DNA of 63,947 nucleotides, filler included, from Octopus bimaculoides (GCF_001194135.2; 9 parts of 9 records of this genome joined end to end with filler, not necessarily neighbours in it); one strand, 5' to 3'. Shown: positions 13,985 through 27,665, counted from the whole stretch's first letter. Notes: generated from the letters alone by a model not told the origin. Program-made: numbers and translations.

Positions 13985-14845
13985 GCATATCTAGACATGC
14001 TCATATATACTTAAATAAGAAATTTCTAAGGTTTTATAGATTTTTTTACGGTTCCAGAGATGGCTTGGAACTGTAGTCTTCGAATCAGTTATCTCCTTTC
14101 TGGTTTTGAGAAGCCTAATTTCTCAAGATTGGTATCTAGTCAGTGTTACACATCCCATTGCCGTAATAATTATAGTATAAACCTGAACTTGTAATCTAGG
14201 TAGAGTAGCTGTAAATTCCTCAATAATTCAGCGTAGGTATGCTCTTTTTCGCTGATCTTCAGCTTAATGTTAACGCCCGCTGATTTCCACAACTATACAC
14301 AACTTCTATTCCAAATCATTATATCAGGTTTATTGTGCTTACATTTTATTGACGTTTTCACTGGGATATTTCACCAGTACTCCTTTTTATTACGAGTGGC
14401 TATAGCTTATCAGACAACGAATGCTGCTCAAAGAGCTCCCTACATGTCTTATGATGTTATCAGCCTCATGTATGCTAATTTGGTCAAGAGATGCACTTCA
14501 ACGCTTAGTGGTTAAAAAATGTTGCCGAAGGGAGATGATACGACATTCAAAAGTAGTCTGGATCGTCAAGCTTTTGTTTTCGTTTTAGGTAGAGGTGGTC
14601 TGCATTACTGTTGATGTGGCAATAATGTGTGCTTGTTTTCACCAAGCAGCCCAAATGTTGGTATGAGTACTGGCACTGCAAACATATTGTGGGTTACTGT
14701 TTTATAGAATGCAGAGAGTTCCGCGGTTTAAATTTTCTTTATTCGGCTGTAATATTCTTTGGTGACACGTGTTTTGTTACAGGTGCCATTGTAAGATGTT
14801 TTCATCCACCCCTAGATACCTGTCTCTAACATTCTTCATCAGATA
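13985..14845 (-). mobile_element. R4/Dong-type RLE LINE, second copy of the same family, including RT C-terminus
   Basis: 13985-14400 is a diverged duplicate of 13055-13490. 14480-14830 reads SYNGTCNKTRVTKEYYSRIKKI..ELS...HNMFAVPVLIPTFGLL, with frameshifts. Confidence 0.78.
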
Positions 14846-15437
14846 TAGGAAAAACAGTTATGTATGTATGCATGTATGCATATATGTATGTATGTATGTA
14901 TGTATTATGTATGTATGCATGTATGTATGTATGTATGCATGAATGTATGTATATATGTATACGACGGGCTCCTCACAGTTTCCGTTTACGAAATCCACTC
15001 AAAAGACCAAGGTCGACCCGCTGCTAAGGCTCTTCTCCAGTGGGATTGACCGCAAGGCCACGTGGTTGGGAGGCAAGCTTGTTAACCACTCAGTCACGCC
15101 TGTGTCTTTTGCACTTTCTCTTCACAAACATCGTAGCAACAGTGAACTCGGATATTTGTAAAAGATACGTATTGAATGAAAACGTAATTGATTTTGTCAT
15201 GTCTAAAATCCTTTAGTATGATCGTTGCTTCAATGTTTTAAAATTATGATTAGCACTTTGAAGTGACCGATTAACATCAAGCATTTTTACTTGCACTTTA
15301 GTAATGCGACTGGAAATTGCAGACGTCGTAAGCTCATGGAAACACACAATGTTTAATGAAATATTCATGCAAGCTAAAGTTTTTGTTCAGATAATCCTAG
15401 GCTTTCGCTCAGTATGTGAGTGTATGTACGTGTGTAT

Positions 15438-15542
<105 letters not shown>

Positions 15543-15745
15543 TTTGTAGATATCCGTGATTATGTTTTATCATTGTAAAAACAGTGTTAATGTGTCGTGT
15601 GTATGTATGTATTATGTATGTATGCATGTATGTATGTATATATGTATGAATGTATGTATGTATGTATGTATGTATGTATGTATGTGTGTGTTTGTTATAT
15701 ACACACACACACACANNNNNNNNNNGTATGTATGTGTGTGTTTGT

Positions 15746-15783
<38 letters not shown>

Positions 15784-16497
15784 CACACACACACACACAT
15801 ATACATATGCACACACTCAAAGACAGAGAAAGAGAGAGGCATGTATTCATTGCATGAATATAAAATATATATGCTTGTGATGTGGGTGTGTATGTGTATG
15901 TGTGTGTGCGCGTGTATGTCTGTGTGTGTGTGTGTGTGTGTGTAGCCAGAGGCATGGTAAGATTTCTTAACCTCCTGAGGCAAAGATACTTTTGGCGCCT
16001 TTATCTTTGACGTTCATTTGCTTCGTGACTCATAACCAACTTAATGACAGTTACGTAAATAATTAATTACCACTTCATCATGGTTTCATATAAAATCATA
16101 ATATGACATCAGATAATATCAGAAATGTTAACTAGTAACTAATAATGAATAGCTTACTAGATAGATGTATTTTTGTAAACTATTTTGATATGAATGTCAT
16201 CGAGACATAGAACCATTCAGAATAAATTTTTGTTATATTTTTAGTGTTGAAACTCATGTGGAGTATATAGATCATGAAATAGCTTGACAAAATGCTACTT
16301 ATGTTTAAAATAATGTTATAATTTTATAAATATGTACATCTATTTCATTTGTTATTATTTCGTGCTCGGGTAATCAGGTTGTTTGCCTGGTGATTTGATG
16401 GTATCAAGATAGAGTATTTTCCTGAAAAAAAAAATCGTAGGTCACATTAGTTATTGTCTCCACCTCCTATAAGGGCTTCTGTAGTTATGGCAGAGCT

Positions 16498-17167
16498 GTA
16501 GGTATAGTAAGACTTTTTGACAAATTCGGTAATGTTTATCTGGCGTTTCCTGGTCATAAACTCGCCACAAGTATAACAAAAGTTATCCGGGCTTTCTGCA
16601 CATCTAGAAGACATGCTTGCTTCAAACGATGCGGAGCTCTCTAAAGAAAAGGGAAGGGAGCATTCTTTTTTAACAGCATGTATTTGATTTACTGTCTAAA
16701 TGTATACATATAATTAAAGAAGCATTGAAATGTAACATATGATACAATATAACAATGTATGTAGCATGTATACACTGAAAAAAGGTAAGGTGAAATAACT
16801 GAAATAAAAAAGAAAGTACATTTCAACTTAAGAAACACGACCTTGTAAAATATGTCTTTCTCTCCTCAGTGCTTGCGGGTAACTGAAGCTACAGTGACAC
16901 AGGCACTTCCTTGCACAGCTGAAGTTGTCTAAACGTTGCGAGATGCTTATTTTTTAAAAAATTAGTTATACTATTACTGTTTATTTAAATATAGCAATTA
17001 GTAGAAATAATAAAAGACAATACTCAAATTCGGACATAATGATAAAATGCAATGATCGATTCTGTGAAGAAACTGTACGTGATAGGATAATTTCTTTGTA
17101 TTGTTTTAATCGGTAGGTAAAAATTCACCCAGTAGATGTAAAACAATTTTTTGGTTGTAGACCTGTG
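16498..17167 (-). mobile_element. Chapaev3-like (CMC superfamily) DNA transposon, internally deleted 5' part
   Basis: ATG at 16614 opens MSSRCAESPDNFCYTCGEFMTRKRQINITEFVKKSYYTY, like the Chapaev3 N-terminus (FCY.CG.F...IT.FVKK.Y..Y). Similarity then stops abruptly. Candidate 5' terminus CACAGGTC at 17167; the other terminus was not found. Confidence 0.6.
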
Positions 17168-17660
17168 TAACTGATTACGAGAATATAACTTTTATGGAGA
17201 ATTTTCAGCTCTAATACACACGCGCGCGCGCATTACACACACAAACACAAACACAAACACACAGAGACACACTGAAACATATACAAATATACATACAAGT
17301 ATATGTGTATACGCGTATGAGTACATATGCATGTATAAACTAAAGCTTATAACCAGAAATCTATTCTACTTACAGAATTATTTCGTTCGATGTACTTTAA
17401 AGAAAACAAAAGACTAATAATAGTACTAACCTTATCTTCAGTCGCTTCAAATCACAATTCAGATTTGAATAATCCTTCCGACTCAATGAATCTTTCACCA
17501 CCATCACTCTAGCCCCAACCATGAGTGCTTAACTTCACTTCATTTTAATAGCAACGATTCGTAGGTCAGCTGCCATTCCCATCAACTGAGTTTTAATCTC
17601 TCGATTTGAAGCTTTGCTCTCGATATTGCGTTAAAATTTCCTATCTCTTAAAATAATAAT

Positions 17661-17873
17661 CCTTTCTACTATAAGCACAAGGTCTGAAATTTGCGGGGAG
17701 AAGGTAAGTCGATCACATCGACCCCAGTATTTGACTGGTATTTAATTTATCGATCCCCGAAAGGATGAAAAACAAAGTCTACCTCGGTGGAATTTGAACT
17801 CAGAACGTAAAGACGGACGAAATGCTGCTAAGCATTTTGCCCGGCGTGCTAACGATTCTGCCGGATCACCGCC
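17661..17873 (-). mobile_element. SINE family A, full length
   Basis: ggcggtga..ggcagaatcgttagcacgccgggc head, B-box, gtaccag core, tagaaag tail. Confidence 0.88.
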
Positions 17874-18911
17874 TATCTATTCTCGCATTAATTTTTTTCA
17901 CTCTAGTGTCTTTTGTATATGATCACTCTTCTTCTCTTACTCTTTCTCTATTCCTGTCTCTTTCTCTCTTTAGTCCTTGGATAACTTTGTAAATTTACAA
18001 TCAGCTTAGGAGCGATGTAACTTCAGTAGCCGCAGCGAAGGCACGTCGTCTAGAAGACATTTTTGTAAATGACCAGCAGAAGACTAAGAGAGTCTTTGAT
18101 TCCACTACTGGTGCAACGATGAAACAGCTCAGTTCTCATTTTCGGGGAAAGCACATTCTGACTCCATCACTTTTTCTTTTCAATGTTCTGATATGTCTTT
18201 CGCACCTACATTCTATTAACTCTAGTGCACCTCCTAAATTCAGTATTTTTTCCGAATCTTTACTTGTATACATTAAGGAACTATTTGGCATCACTTTTAA
18301 CAAGACATGCAACATCCATTTGAAAATTATACTACATTCCACTCCTCTTAAACCTTCAACAAAAAGGTATTATTCACATATAGCCTAGACACCCAATCAT
18401 AGGCATACAATGTCGTTATGAATAATAGTCTAGTAACATCCTTCAGAAAAGAAATAACAACGAAGTTTCTATCAACAGTACAAATTTTCAATGATGACAG
18501 ATAGAGAGAAAACAGTGTTGTACAGCATGGACTCTAACTCTGAAGAACATACAACTGAAAGCTTAAAAGTCAAGCATACAAATACAAATACTTGTATTTG
18601 TGACAGCGGAAAAATAGTCAAAGCTGCATGACGATGAGCGAAGAGGATTGATTATTTAAGCGAGATAATTTATGGATCCTATCAAACCCAAGACAAGTCT
18701 GATAGAAGAGAAAACATCTTTAAGTAGATGAATATTGATCTATATATTATTGCTTATAGATATTTAAGCTTGGACCTATGTCGGCCTTGTTCAAATAGAT
18801 CTATGGTAGATAAATTGTCTATCGAACGTCTGGGTTCAGTTGAAAAATCTGTTCTAGATATTTTATGTCTCTATCTACTAGAGGTTCATAGTAGTAGTAG
18901 TAGTAGTAGTG

Positions 18912-18955
<44 letters not shown>

Positions 18956-21900
18956 TGTTGTAGTTGTTGTTGTATAGTTGTTCTTACTGCTGCTATTAAT
19001 ACAAGGTCAGATTGGGAAGACCTGTCATCATAGGCGTCTTAAGTTACATACATACATGCATACATACATACATGCATACATACATACATACATACATACA
19101 TACATACATACATACAAACAAACATACATATATCAAGGACCACATTATCCAGTGTGCTCTTAGTTTTATATTTATAGGATGCAATTTGGGAAAGGCCTCG
19201 TTGCTATTTTTGGTAGATCAAGCAACCGAAGAAGCAACTCTGGATTTCAACTCCGCCTTTAACTCTGCAGCATTTGTTGCAGATGTTAGATATTTCTGGT
19301 GTTTGTGGGTGATTGACATGTAGTAACAGGACATACTGGAGTTGGGACCTGTTGCAGCGAGAAACTGTTCATTGCAAATAGTTGGATTTAGATTTTGAAA
19401 CGTTGTTTTTAGTTATGTAGATGTGAAATAGCCGAATAAAGATGGTATTGGCCTAGATTATAGTAAGTTTAAGCGTAATGCAGCATTCCAATGTGTTACT
19501 GGATCAGAAGACCTTCATAATGCTTCAATTAATATTCTTGTCGGGAGTAGATATTAAGATTATCCGGACAGAGGTCACTTTGATATATACCTATATACCA
19601 TTAGTAATGTGTTTTAAACTAAGTGATTGCATTTATCGCGTCAGTAAGTACGATTAAAACATTACCAGTTTACTTTGCAGCTGATGTTAGAAATCTATAA
19701 TATAGTTTCTGCTTTTATTTTTGTTGTTGTATTGTCCAGCTTACATAGTTTTTGATATTAAATAGTATCTTATGATAAGCTAAACCGACCGCATCCAGAA
19801 CTCGATTATTAGCAATTGATGTCTTTGAGCAGCCATTAGTGTTAGCTATCGCGTTTTTATGTGATGTGACATAAGACAAAGATTTAAACACGAGCTTCAC
19901 ACTTCATTTTTAAAAATGATAAACCGCATATTCTGTTATTGCTGTTGTCGTTGTTTAGTCCGAAGATCAACCGTGATCGCAGTTATCAGTTATAGTATAT
20001 CTAGAATTACGTTATCTAATGCACCATTTTTGTTTTAAGACGGTAGGGCATCATTTCAAGTTTCCTCGAAAGTTAAAACGCCAATTAATTATGTAGAACA
20101 TACCTTCAGTTGGAACTGAGTATTACACCTGACATTAAAAAACTCTTATACAGATGGGTCTAATTCAATTTTGCTGTAGTGAAGGCAACTTGGTCTCACA
20201 TCGGATTATAGCAAATGGCATCAATTTTCAGAGTTTCTAATTTCGTCGTATAGATTTCATGAGATTATATTTGCTAACAGATGTGCGCGGCATGTGTAAT
20301 ATACCATAAAGTGCATGAATAATAAGTTATATAGATTCAAACATCTTAAAGAGGTTCCGTTTAGGCCAACAGTGTTTGCAAAGAAAACCTACACAGAGTT
20401 AGTAAATGCTGGTTGAATTGAAAATGTTTTCTTTATGTTTTAGTTATTAAGTAAAATTGGTTGTATTGTATATATGGGTAATGAACCTGCTATTACATGA
20501 GACAATCTATTCAGAAGTAGATATGCAGAAGAGTAGTGGTAAGTAAGGAAGACATGCCAGCGTTAAGTGAAAAGATATAGTTTGAGAAGCGACTGTAATG
20601 GAAAAGTTTTCAGTATCTCATCAATTGCTTCTATGTTACAAGATCTGGAAAAATTATAGACATTGGTATCCATAAAAAAAAAAAACATTTCAGAAACTGA
20701 AACCGTGTTACTCATGTCATTGATTTGGGAAGGGATCTTACGAAGGTGCAGTATACTTCTGGGTGAATAGTGAGAGCAGTAAAAAAACAAATTCGGTTTA
20801 ACTGTAGATCTATATTTTCCATTTCTTTATATATTATAAAGGTATGTGAGATGGATTTATCTTGGGTGCATTTGAAACTTGAATCTTTTTATCAGTAGAA
20901 CGGAGAAATTTTAGCATAATGTCCTGCAAAGTAAAAGGTTTTTCGGCAAGCTTTGTGGAGATATATAAGGCTCTGAGAATTCCATCAAGTAATGCAAATG
21001 TATTAAGCATCACAGATTTCCATTCCCTTCTCTTCGAAAATGCCTTTAAGACTTTTCACAGAAACAAATATTTAAGGATATCAATAGGGTAAAATATAGA
21101 TAACGACAAGAATAATCGGTTACATGTTTTCAACTACAATTTATTTTGACTTAGCATTTCTGCTTTTCTTTTTCTAGTGTTCCTATTCAAAATTATCCGT
21201 AGAATTTTTCCGTAGAGTTTATCATAATATATTCTATCCGTAGAGTTTATCAGAATATATTCAATATATCAATTGAATTTGGTTTGTACAAAAAGTAACA
21301 ATGCATGACTGCTTCATTTCTATCTATAGCGTTCCTTTTGAAATAAATCGAATTTGTCTCTCGTTGATAAATGGACGGTTATCAAGGATATTAGAATTTA
21401 AGAAAAAGAGTAGAATAGAATAACTTGTGTCTCTTTTGTTATGATACAAATCAAGGGAAATATCGATTTCTTATGACATAGTATAAAGGTAATGTATTCA
21501 AAGGGAAGATTCTTGGAGATTGTAACATCTATAGCTGTTGAACATGCAAAAGTGGCCCAAGTATAGTTAAAAATATTTATATTTACAATCTAGCTCCAAA
21601 TATGTGCAAAACCTTCAGTTCCTAAAATATATATTAGAAATTAAAGCAAAACCCGGGTAATCGCTTATATTCTATCAGTGTGAAAGAAACGATGCCGCAT
21701 TGTTTTGTCTGAGGTAATTTTACACTATCAAAAATCCACACACCACATTCTGAGTGTTTTGCACTAAAAATTACTCATTATTTGATGAAGGGATTTTATT
21801 TATCCCTTACTTCTCTCCATTACATTTAGTTTTATATGAAAATTGTTATGTTGGCTGGTGTGTTTGCCTGCAATTGATTATATAAACACACGGAAATATA

Positions 21901-22079
21901 ATACGTTATTGTTTAAAATTTTATTGAGTTGATATATCATTGTATTTAAATATATTGATAAAGAGATAGATTCCAAACATTTAAAGAAAAATTAAAAAAA
22001 TAGCAGTAACAACTGTTTGAACAAATTGATTTGATTGGTTACTACGTTAACAGAATCATCCGTTCTGTACACTTAAGTC

Positions 22080-22560
22080 CAGCCAGGATCCTACGCACCA
22101 GCTATGAATAACACATCATAATCACACATCATAAACACTATCCAGTTTGCACTTGATGCACCAATTTATTTCTAGAAGGGGAAGTATGTGCTTACGTAGG
22201 AACCATTCTTCCCACCATTCACTAGCTGCCTCTACCACTTTCCGATATATTCTGGGCGCTAACAGCACACCTATCTCACTCCCAAACATTAGCAGAGAGA
22301 CGAAATAGCTTGACAACTTGAATTCTCTGAATCGACTAGCGTCCTTCACAACCCATATGAGATCTTAACACACTGCAGACGGTTGTCGCATTTTAAAATC
22401 TTTACCAAGCCAACACTATCTGTTCTTATCATCTTACATACAACTCCAACTTATATAAGCATCTGGTATATCTAATCTATACACGTTTCCTACACTCATT
22501 CTTTACCCATAAATTAGCCGTTTTAAATGGGTCAACGGTACCATCATTCTAGGTATACTT
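22080..22560 (-). mobile_element. Highly degraded RTE-like LINE RT C-terminal remnant
   Basis: ORF 22122-22349 and its continuation (LPLLE...SVYDV...HSW.VGSW) loosely fit RTE LPLL...LY.ACVR..ML.GSETW. Confidence 0.4.
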
Positions 22561-22593
22561 TGTTCAAAAACAAAGACTAGGATACACGCCCCC

Positions 22594-22629
<36 letters not shown>

Positions 22630-23146
22630 ATCCTCTGTGTAGTGGGTTGATCCACTACTCAGGAAGNNNNNNNNNNNNNNNNNNNNNNNNNNNNNNNNNN
22701 NNNNNNNNNNTTAATTAATTAANNNNNNNNNNNNNNNNNNNNNNNNNNNNNNNNNNNNNNNNNNNNATATATATATATATATAAGGGCCAAATTTATTAC
22801 AATGTTTAAGGGTTACTGCTAATACTGTATTGCTTCTCACCAATAGCTGAATTAGAGGATATTAGCCCTGGAGTGACCTTCTGAACTACTGTGTTTACTA
22901 TAATGGTAAACCATTTAGCAGCTGGAAAATAGCAGAATTTGGAATTATTTGATCAGTTGATAGTGTTATGTACCAGAACCATTCGTACACCTCACCTTCC
23001 ATATTTCTCACCCAAGATTGTGTCTTTAGTCAATGTCACTCTTCTATCTGTTTATTCCTCCTACGCCGTCGTTATCGTCGTCGTCGTCATCTTCATCATT
23101 GTCGTCGTCATCGTCAACATCATCATCGTCGTCGTCGTCGTCACGA

Positions 23147-23177
<31 letters not shown>

Positions 23178-24141
23178 CTTCTTCTTCTTCTTCTTCCCAT
23201 ACACTTTAATTGTTGTTTGGTTATTCTTTGGCCCTGTCTACATGCGCCTGTTGTCATAACCGTTTATGGCGCGGCAGCTGTTTTCATTAGATTCTCTTCT
23301 CACCATGCAGTAAGTGCAGAACCAGTAACTTGTTTGTCAAGTCAATCCACGCATTCAATAACAAACAGAATCATGTGTGTTGAGATGTCTCTCAACGTAC
23401 AATTGTTTTTCGAAACAGTCCTTAATTATTAAACCTGGGCGGTTTTCTTAGATCTCCTTGTTATTGTCAGTTTAGATAGGTAAGACCTAATTGATTGAGA
23501 CCAAGTCGTTGCCATTAGCTGTGTTTGGAAAATGTTTACACCACATCTTGTAGGTTTCCATGTCAAAGTATTGACATATTGCCCAATGAACTTGGCAAAA
23601 GCTGGAAAGTCTTGCAGGATATTGGCCATGGAACGTTGTCACTTTTTTCTTCAGTATATTTAAAATTCTGTTTTAGTTTTGCCTTGTGCTTTACTTTTCA
23701 ACATTTTGTTTTGTCCTGATCTGTAACTTTTAAATTTGTTTTCTTGGTTTTCAGTTTGAAATTTATTGTTTCCATGTATATGTAGGGAAAAGTTTTTGTG
23801 TTATCGTATTCAACTTAAATGTTTTTCAGTATTTGCATCTAAATATTTCTAGTCCTACAGTTGTTATTTCGTCATAGCTGTCTATTTTTATATATGCATT
23901 AGACACCGCTCACCTCGAGTGCAAGAGAGTTAATATTCTAACCGTATAAATTTTGGGTCGGTGACTTTGGAACGCAGTCAATAATTTTCTTTTCTATTTT
24001 TTCTGTGTAAGTTTCTCAGTGTATTCAACTTGCAGTTTACTACTTTGACGCTGTAGTTTATAACTAGGATGGCTGGTGAATTTAAATGTTCATTTTACTT
24101 TTAGTAATGAGTTCGGTGTTTTTAATATTAGTTTGGCTCTT

Positions 24142-24362
24142 AGGGTAGCGAGCTAGCAGAATCGTTAGCACACCGGTCAAAATGCTTAGCGGCATTTCGT
24201 TCGCATTTACTATCTGAGTTCAAATTCTGCAGATGTCGATTTTGCTTTTCTTTCTTTCGGAGTCGATAAAATAAGCATCAGTTGAACACTGAAGCCGATG
24301 TAATAGACTTATAACCTCCCCCGAAATTGCTGGCCACGTGCCAAAATTTGAAAGCAATATTA
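24142..24362 (+). mobile_element. SINE family A
   Basis: gcgagctagcagaatcgttagcac...ctgagttcaaattc...ccaaaatttgaaa. Confidence 0.85.
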
Positions 24363-24364
24363 GT

Positions 24365-25130
24365 TTTGCTCTTCTGTAATACTCTTTCCCAAATCCATCC
24401 TTCCTTTCTGAGTGTTGTATTTTACCAGTTTCATCTACTTTTAGATCTTTGTATAACTGATTCTGGTCTAATTCTCGGATTTCTATGTCTAATTCAATAG
24501 TCTCACTTATAATGATGAAAACTTTTCTTATTTGCATTTCGTACATTTCTCTAGTTCCATATTAAATTGTAATGTCTCGGATGAATTTACGAACACTGTT
24601 TAGTTGTTTTGAAGTCATCTATTCAGAATAGATGGTTTATAGTTTGTAGCATCTGTAACCAATGGCAGTTTCATTTAGTAGATTTGTTGATGGAGTTTGA
24701 CCAAAAAGAAGAGGAATAGTGAGTCTCCCTGGAGTATTCCTCTTTTAACGAGAACAGGCTTGCTCTGTACAGCTGTAATTCCTTTCCTACAGCCCTTATA
24801 TTATTCTGATGATATTTTATTGCTCTCTAAGTGAGAGCAATCAACCTGTTGTAGATGTAAGGGCTTTGTACATTGTTGGGAAACAAATTCAATGTTTACA
24901 ATTTTTGGGGTCTCTAGAAATTTTTGCCTTTGGGAATTGATGCTGTTTTCCTCTCAGGTAGCCAACCAGGTGTCGACTCTGGTTAGCTTACCATTTCATT
25001 GAATGCTGTTGCTATATACCTATGGGTACTGTCGGAAATCAAATTGCTTGCAATACTTGATGTGTTGCTGAATCTTTTGCTAGTAATTATTGACCATAGA
25101 GCAGTATATTGGTAAAACTGTATGCTTTGT
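24365..25130 (-). mobile_element. R4/Dong-type LINE reverse-transcriptase remnant
   Basis: Degraded motifs TASIPK, KRGILQGDSL, INHLF*IDDF and EIRELDQNQLYKDLKVDETGKIQH...KEYYRRAKLIL. Interrupted by a SINE at 24142-24362. Confidence 0.7.
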
Positions 25131-25774
25131 GATAATCATTTCGGCTTATTACGTTCTGAATTCAAATCCCGCTAGACCTTACTTGGTTGGATGACTTAAC
25201 CCGTCGACAAGTTTAATACCACCTTACATATCACGTGCAAGTATTTGTGTCATATCCCCTGTATGAAGAAACCTCCCTTCTTCCTATCAATCTCAGATGC
25301 TCTGTAATAGGTCATGGACATTGCGTTCCTTCTTCATAAAAAATAAAAGCCAGTAAGGTATCTTTCTCACTTACTCCAGATAAACATCAAATAACAGCAT
25401 AAGCGCGCAAATATAGTAACTTTATCAATAGCCTCGTTATTAGGACGCATACACCAAAGACAGGGAAACATAGACCAGAGGTAAGTACAATATAGAAGTT
25501 TCACACTCTGAACAAGTCCACCTTGTCTACATGTGCTGTCTTCCTTGCAACACCAATTGTCTCACAATAAACTGAACTGTTGAGGAAGCAACATCGTCAG
25601 GCTACGACTAGGCACTTCATACTATGGAAAACTACATGTCTTAGATATATAATGACGTATAGCATATCTGGAACAATACGTATATGGATCACACTTATGC
25701 ATCATATGTCAGCTAGATGGGTGCGAATAAAAATGTAAAAAAAAAACAAAAACAAAAGAAGTCACAGACGCAAA

Positions 25775-26290
25775 AATTGTTGAATGGCTAAGAAAATCGT
25801 TTTGCACCCACGTGACTTCACGTTCAGCCCCATTGCGCAACATCTTAGACCAGTGTCTTCTAGGGTAGCCCCGGGTTGACTAATGCCTTGTAAGTGAATT
25901 TAGTAGACCGTAACTGTGTGAAAGCTCGACATGTATATATGTAAGTATACATATTCATACGTTCATGTATGTGTATACACACACATGCATGCACATACAC
26001 ACGCACACACACACACACACACGCATACACACACACACATAAGTGGATATGTATTTGTGTCTGTGTTTATCGACCCTCCACCTCTTGACAACCAGTGCTG
26101 GTTTGCTGGCTTGTTTACGTCCCCGTAACTAAACGGTTCAGCAAAAGAAGCTAGATAGAATAAGTGCCAGGCTAAAAAATCAAAATAAGTAGAGCGGGGT
26201 CCATTTCTTTGACTAAGAACCTTCAGAGCTAGTGTCCCAGTATGGCTGCAATCCAATGACCAAAGCAAGTAAATGATAAAAGATAAAAGA
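25775..26290 (+). mobile_element. SINE family C with internal (CA)n tract
   Basis: Head (cacgtgacttcacgttcagccccattgcg..gtgtcttcta..ccttgtaagtgaattt), internal microsatellite, then a 3' body ending ccagtatggctgcaatccaatgacc..agtaaatgataaaaga. Confidence 0.72.
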
Positions 26291-27159
26291 TGAAACAAAA
26301 CCATCAACAGCATTATCGTCATCGTCATCATCGTCATCATCATCATCATCGTCGTAGTCATCGTCATCATCATCATCGTCATCATCGTCATCATCGTCAT
26401 CGTCATCATCATTGTCACCACCACCACCATTATCATTGTCGGGGTCGTCGTAATCCTCATCATCATCGTCGTCGTTACCGCCCTCCTCTTCCTCCTCCTC
26501 CTCCTCCTCCTCATCATCATCATCATCATCACCACCAACAGTTATTTATTTATTTATTGAAAAAAAAATGCTGAAATATGATAAAAAATATTCAAATAAG
26601 AGGTGTCGACCATCTCACATGATTAGCTTGTGTTATAAATTACTCAAAATATATGCAATTCACTTCTTCAAACCAGCATTAGGAGTAAAAGCTGCTAAAT
26701 TACATTAAATTAAGCAACTTAGTTAGGAAAGATCAAAAGGACCGCGATTATTTAATGAGATTCTGAAATTACAATTTAATTGAGATAATAATATGTCTAG
26801 TTTATCAAAATGTTTATTTTGAGAGAAAAATACCGTAATATTTTATCATATTTTAGAGTTTTAAAAATAAATGATTAAAGTCTGCAAATTTAGAAAAATT
26901 TACTGCTGATTGATTACTCTGCGTTCTTTCCCCTGTCATTCATCTTTTGGGTCAACCAATGAATTAACAGTTGTTGCTGCTACTACTGCTGCTGTTGCCG
27001 TTGCTGCTGTTATTGTTGTTATTGTTGTTTTTGATGTTTTTGTTGTTGTTATTATTATTGCTGTTTTTATTGTGGTTGTTGCTGCTGCTGTCTGTCTGTC
27101 TGTTGTTGTTGTTGTTGTTGCTGTTGTTATCGCTGCTGTATATTTGTTGTTGCAGTTAA

Positions 27160-27665
27160 GGCAGAATGGCTCAGTGGTTAGAGCGTAAGGATCGCGATCA
27201 TGAGGTAGTGAGTTCGATCCCCGGACCGGTCTGTGTGTTGTGTTCTTGAGCAAGACATTTTATTTCACGTTGCTCTAGTTCACTCAACTGTAGAAATGAA
27301 TTGCGACGTCATTGATGCCAAGTTGTATCGGCCCTTGCCTTTCCATTGGACAACATCGATGGTGTGGAGAGAGGAGGCTGTTATGCATGGGTGACTGCTG
27401 GTCTTCCATAAACAACCTTGCCCGGTCTTGTACCCCAGAAGGGAACTTTATAAATGTAATCCCATGGTCATTCATGACCGAAGGGCGGGCGGGCGGTGGG
27501 GGTTACCCATTACCCTATGTAGATATAATGGTATGGAGAGAGAAGGCTGGTATGCATGGGTGACTGCTGGTCTTCCATAAACAGCCTTGCCCGCTCTTGT
27601 ACCTCAGAAGGGAACTTTCTAGGAGCAATTCCATGGTCATTCATGACCGAATGGGTTCTTTACCT
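27160..27665 (+). mobile_element. SINE family B (tRNA head plus conserved central domain) with duplicated 3' half
   Basis: A-box TGGCTCAGTGGTTAG, B-box GAGTTCGATCCC, then ttgtgttcttgagcaagacattttatttcacgttgctctagttcactcaactg. 27359-27484 is repeated at 27529-27654. Confidence 0.88.

Noticed and set aside
15660-15780. Apparent direct duplications flanking 10-N gaps (also 9225-9405)
   Set aside because: These look like overlapping contig ends in microsatellites, an assembly artefact.
19900-21600. Possible Gypsy gag/protease/integrase remnant
   Set aside because: Only scattered weak motifs across many stops; I cannot support it by eye.
26290-26574. His/Arg/Pro-rich 94-aa ORF resembling a metal-binding peptide
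   Set aside because: It is a degenerate (CAT/CGT/CCT)n microsatellite directly after a SINE tail.
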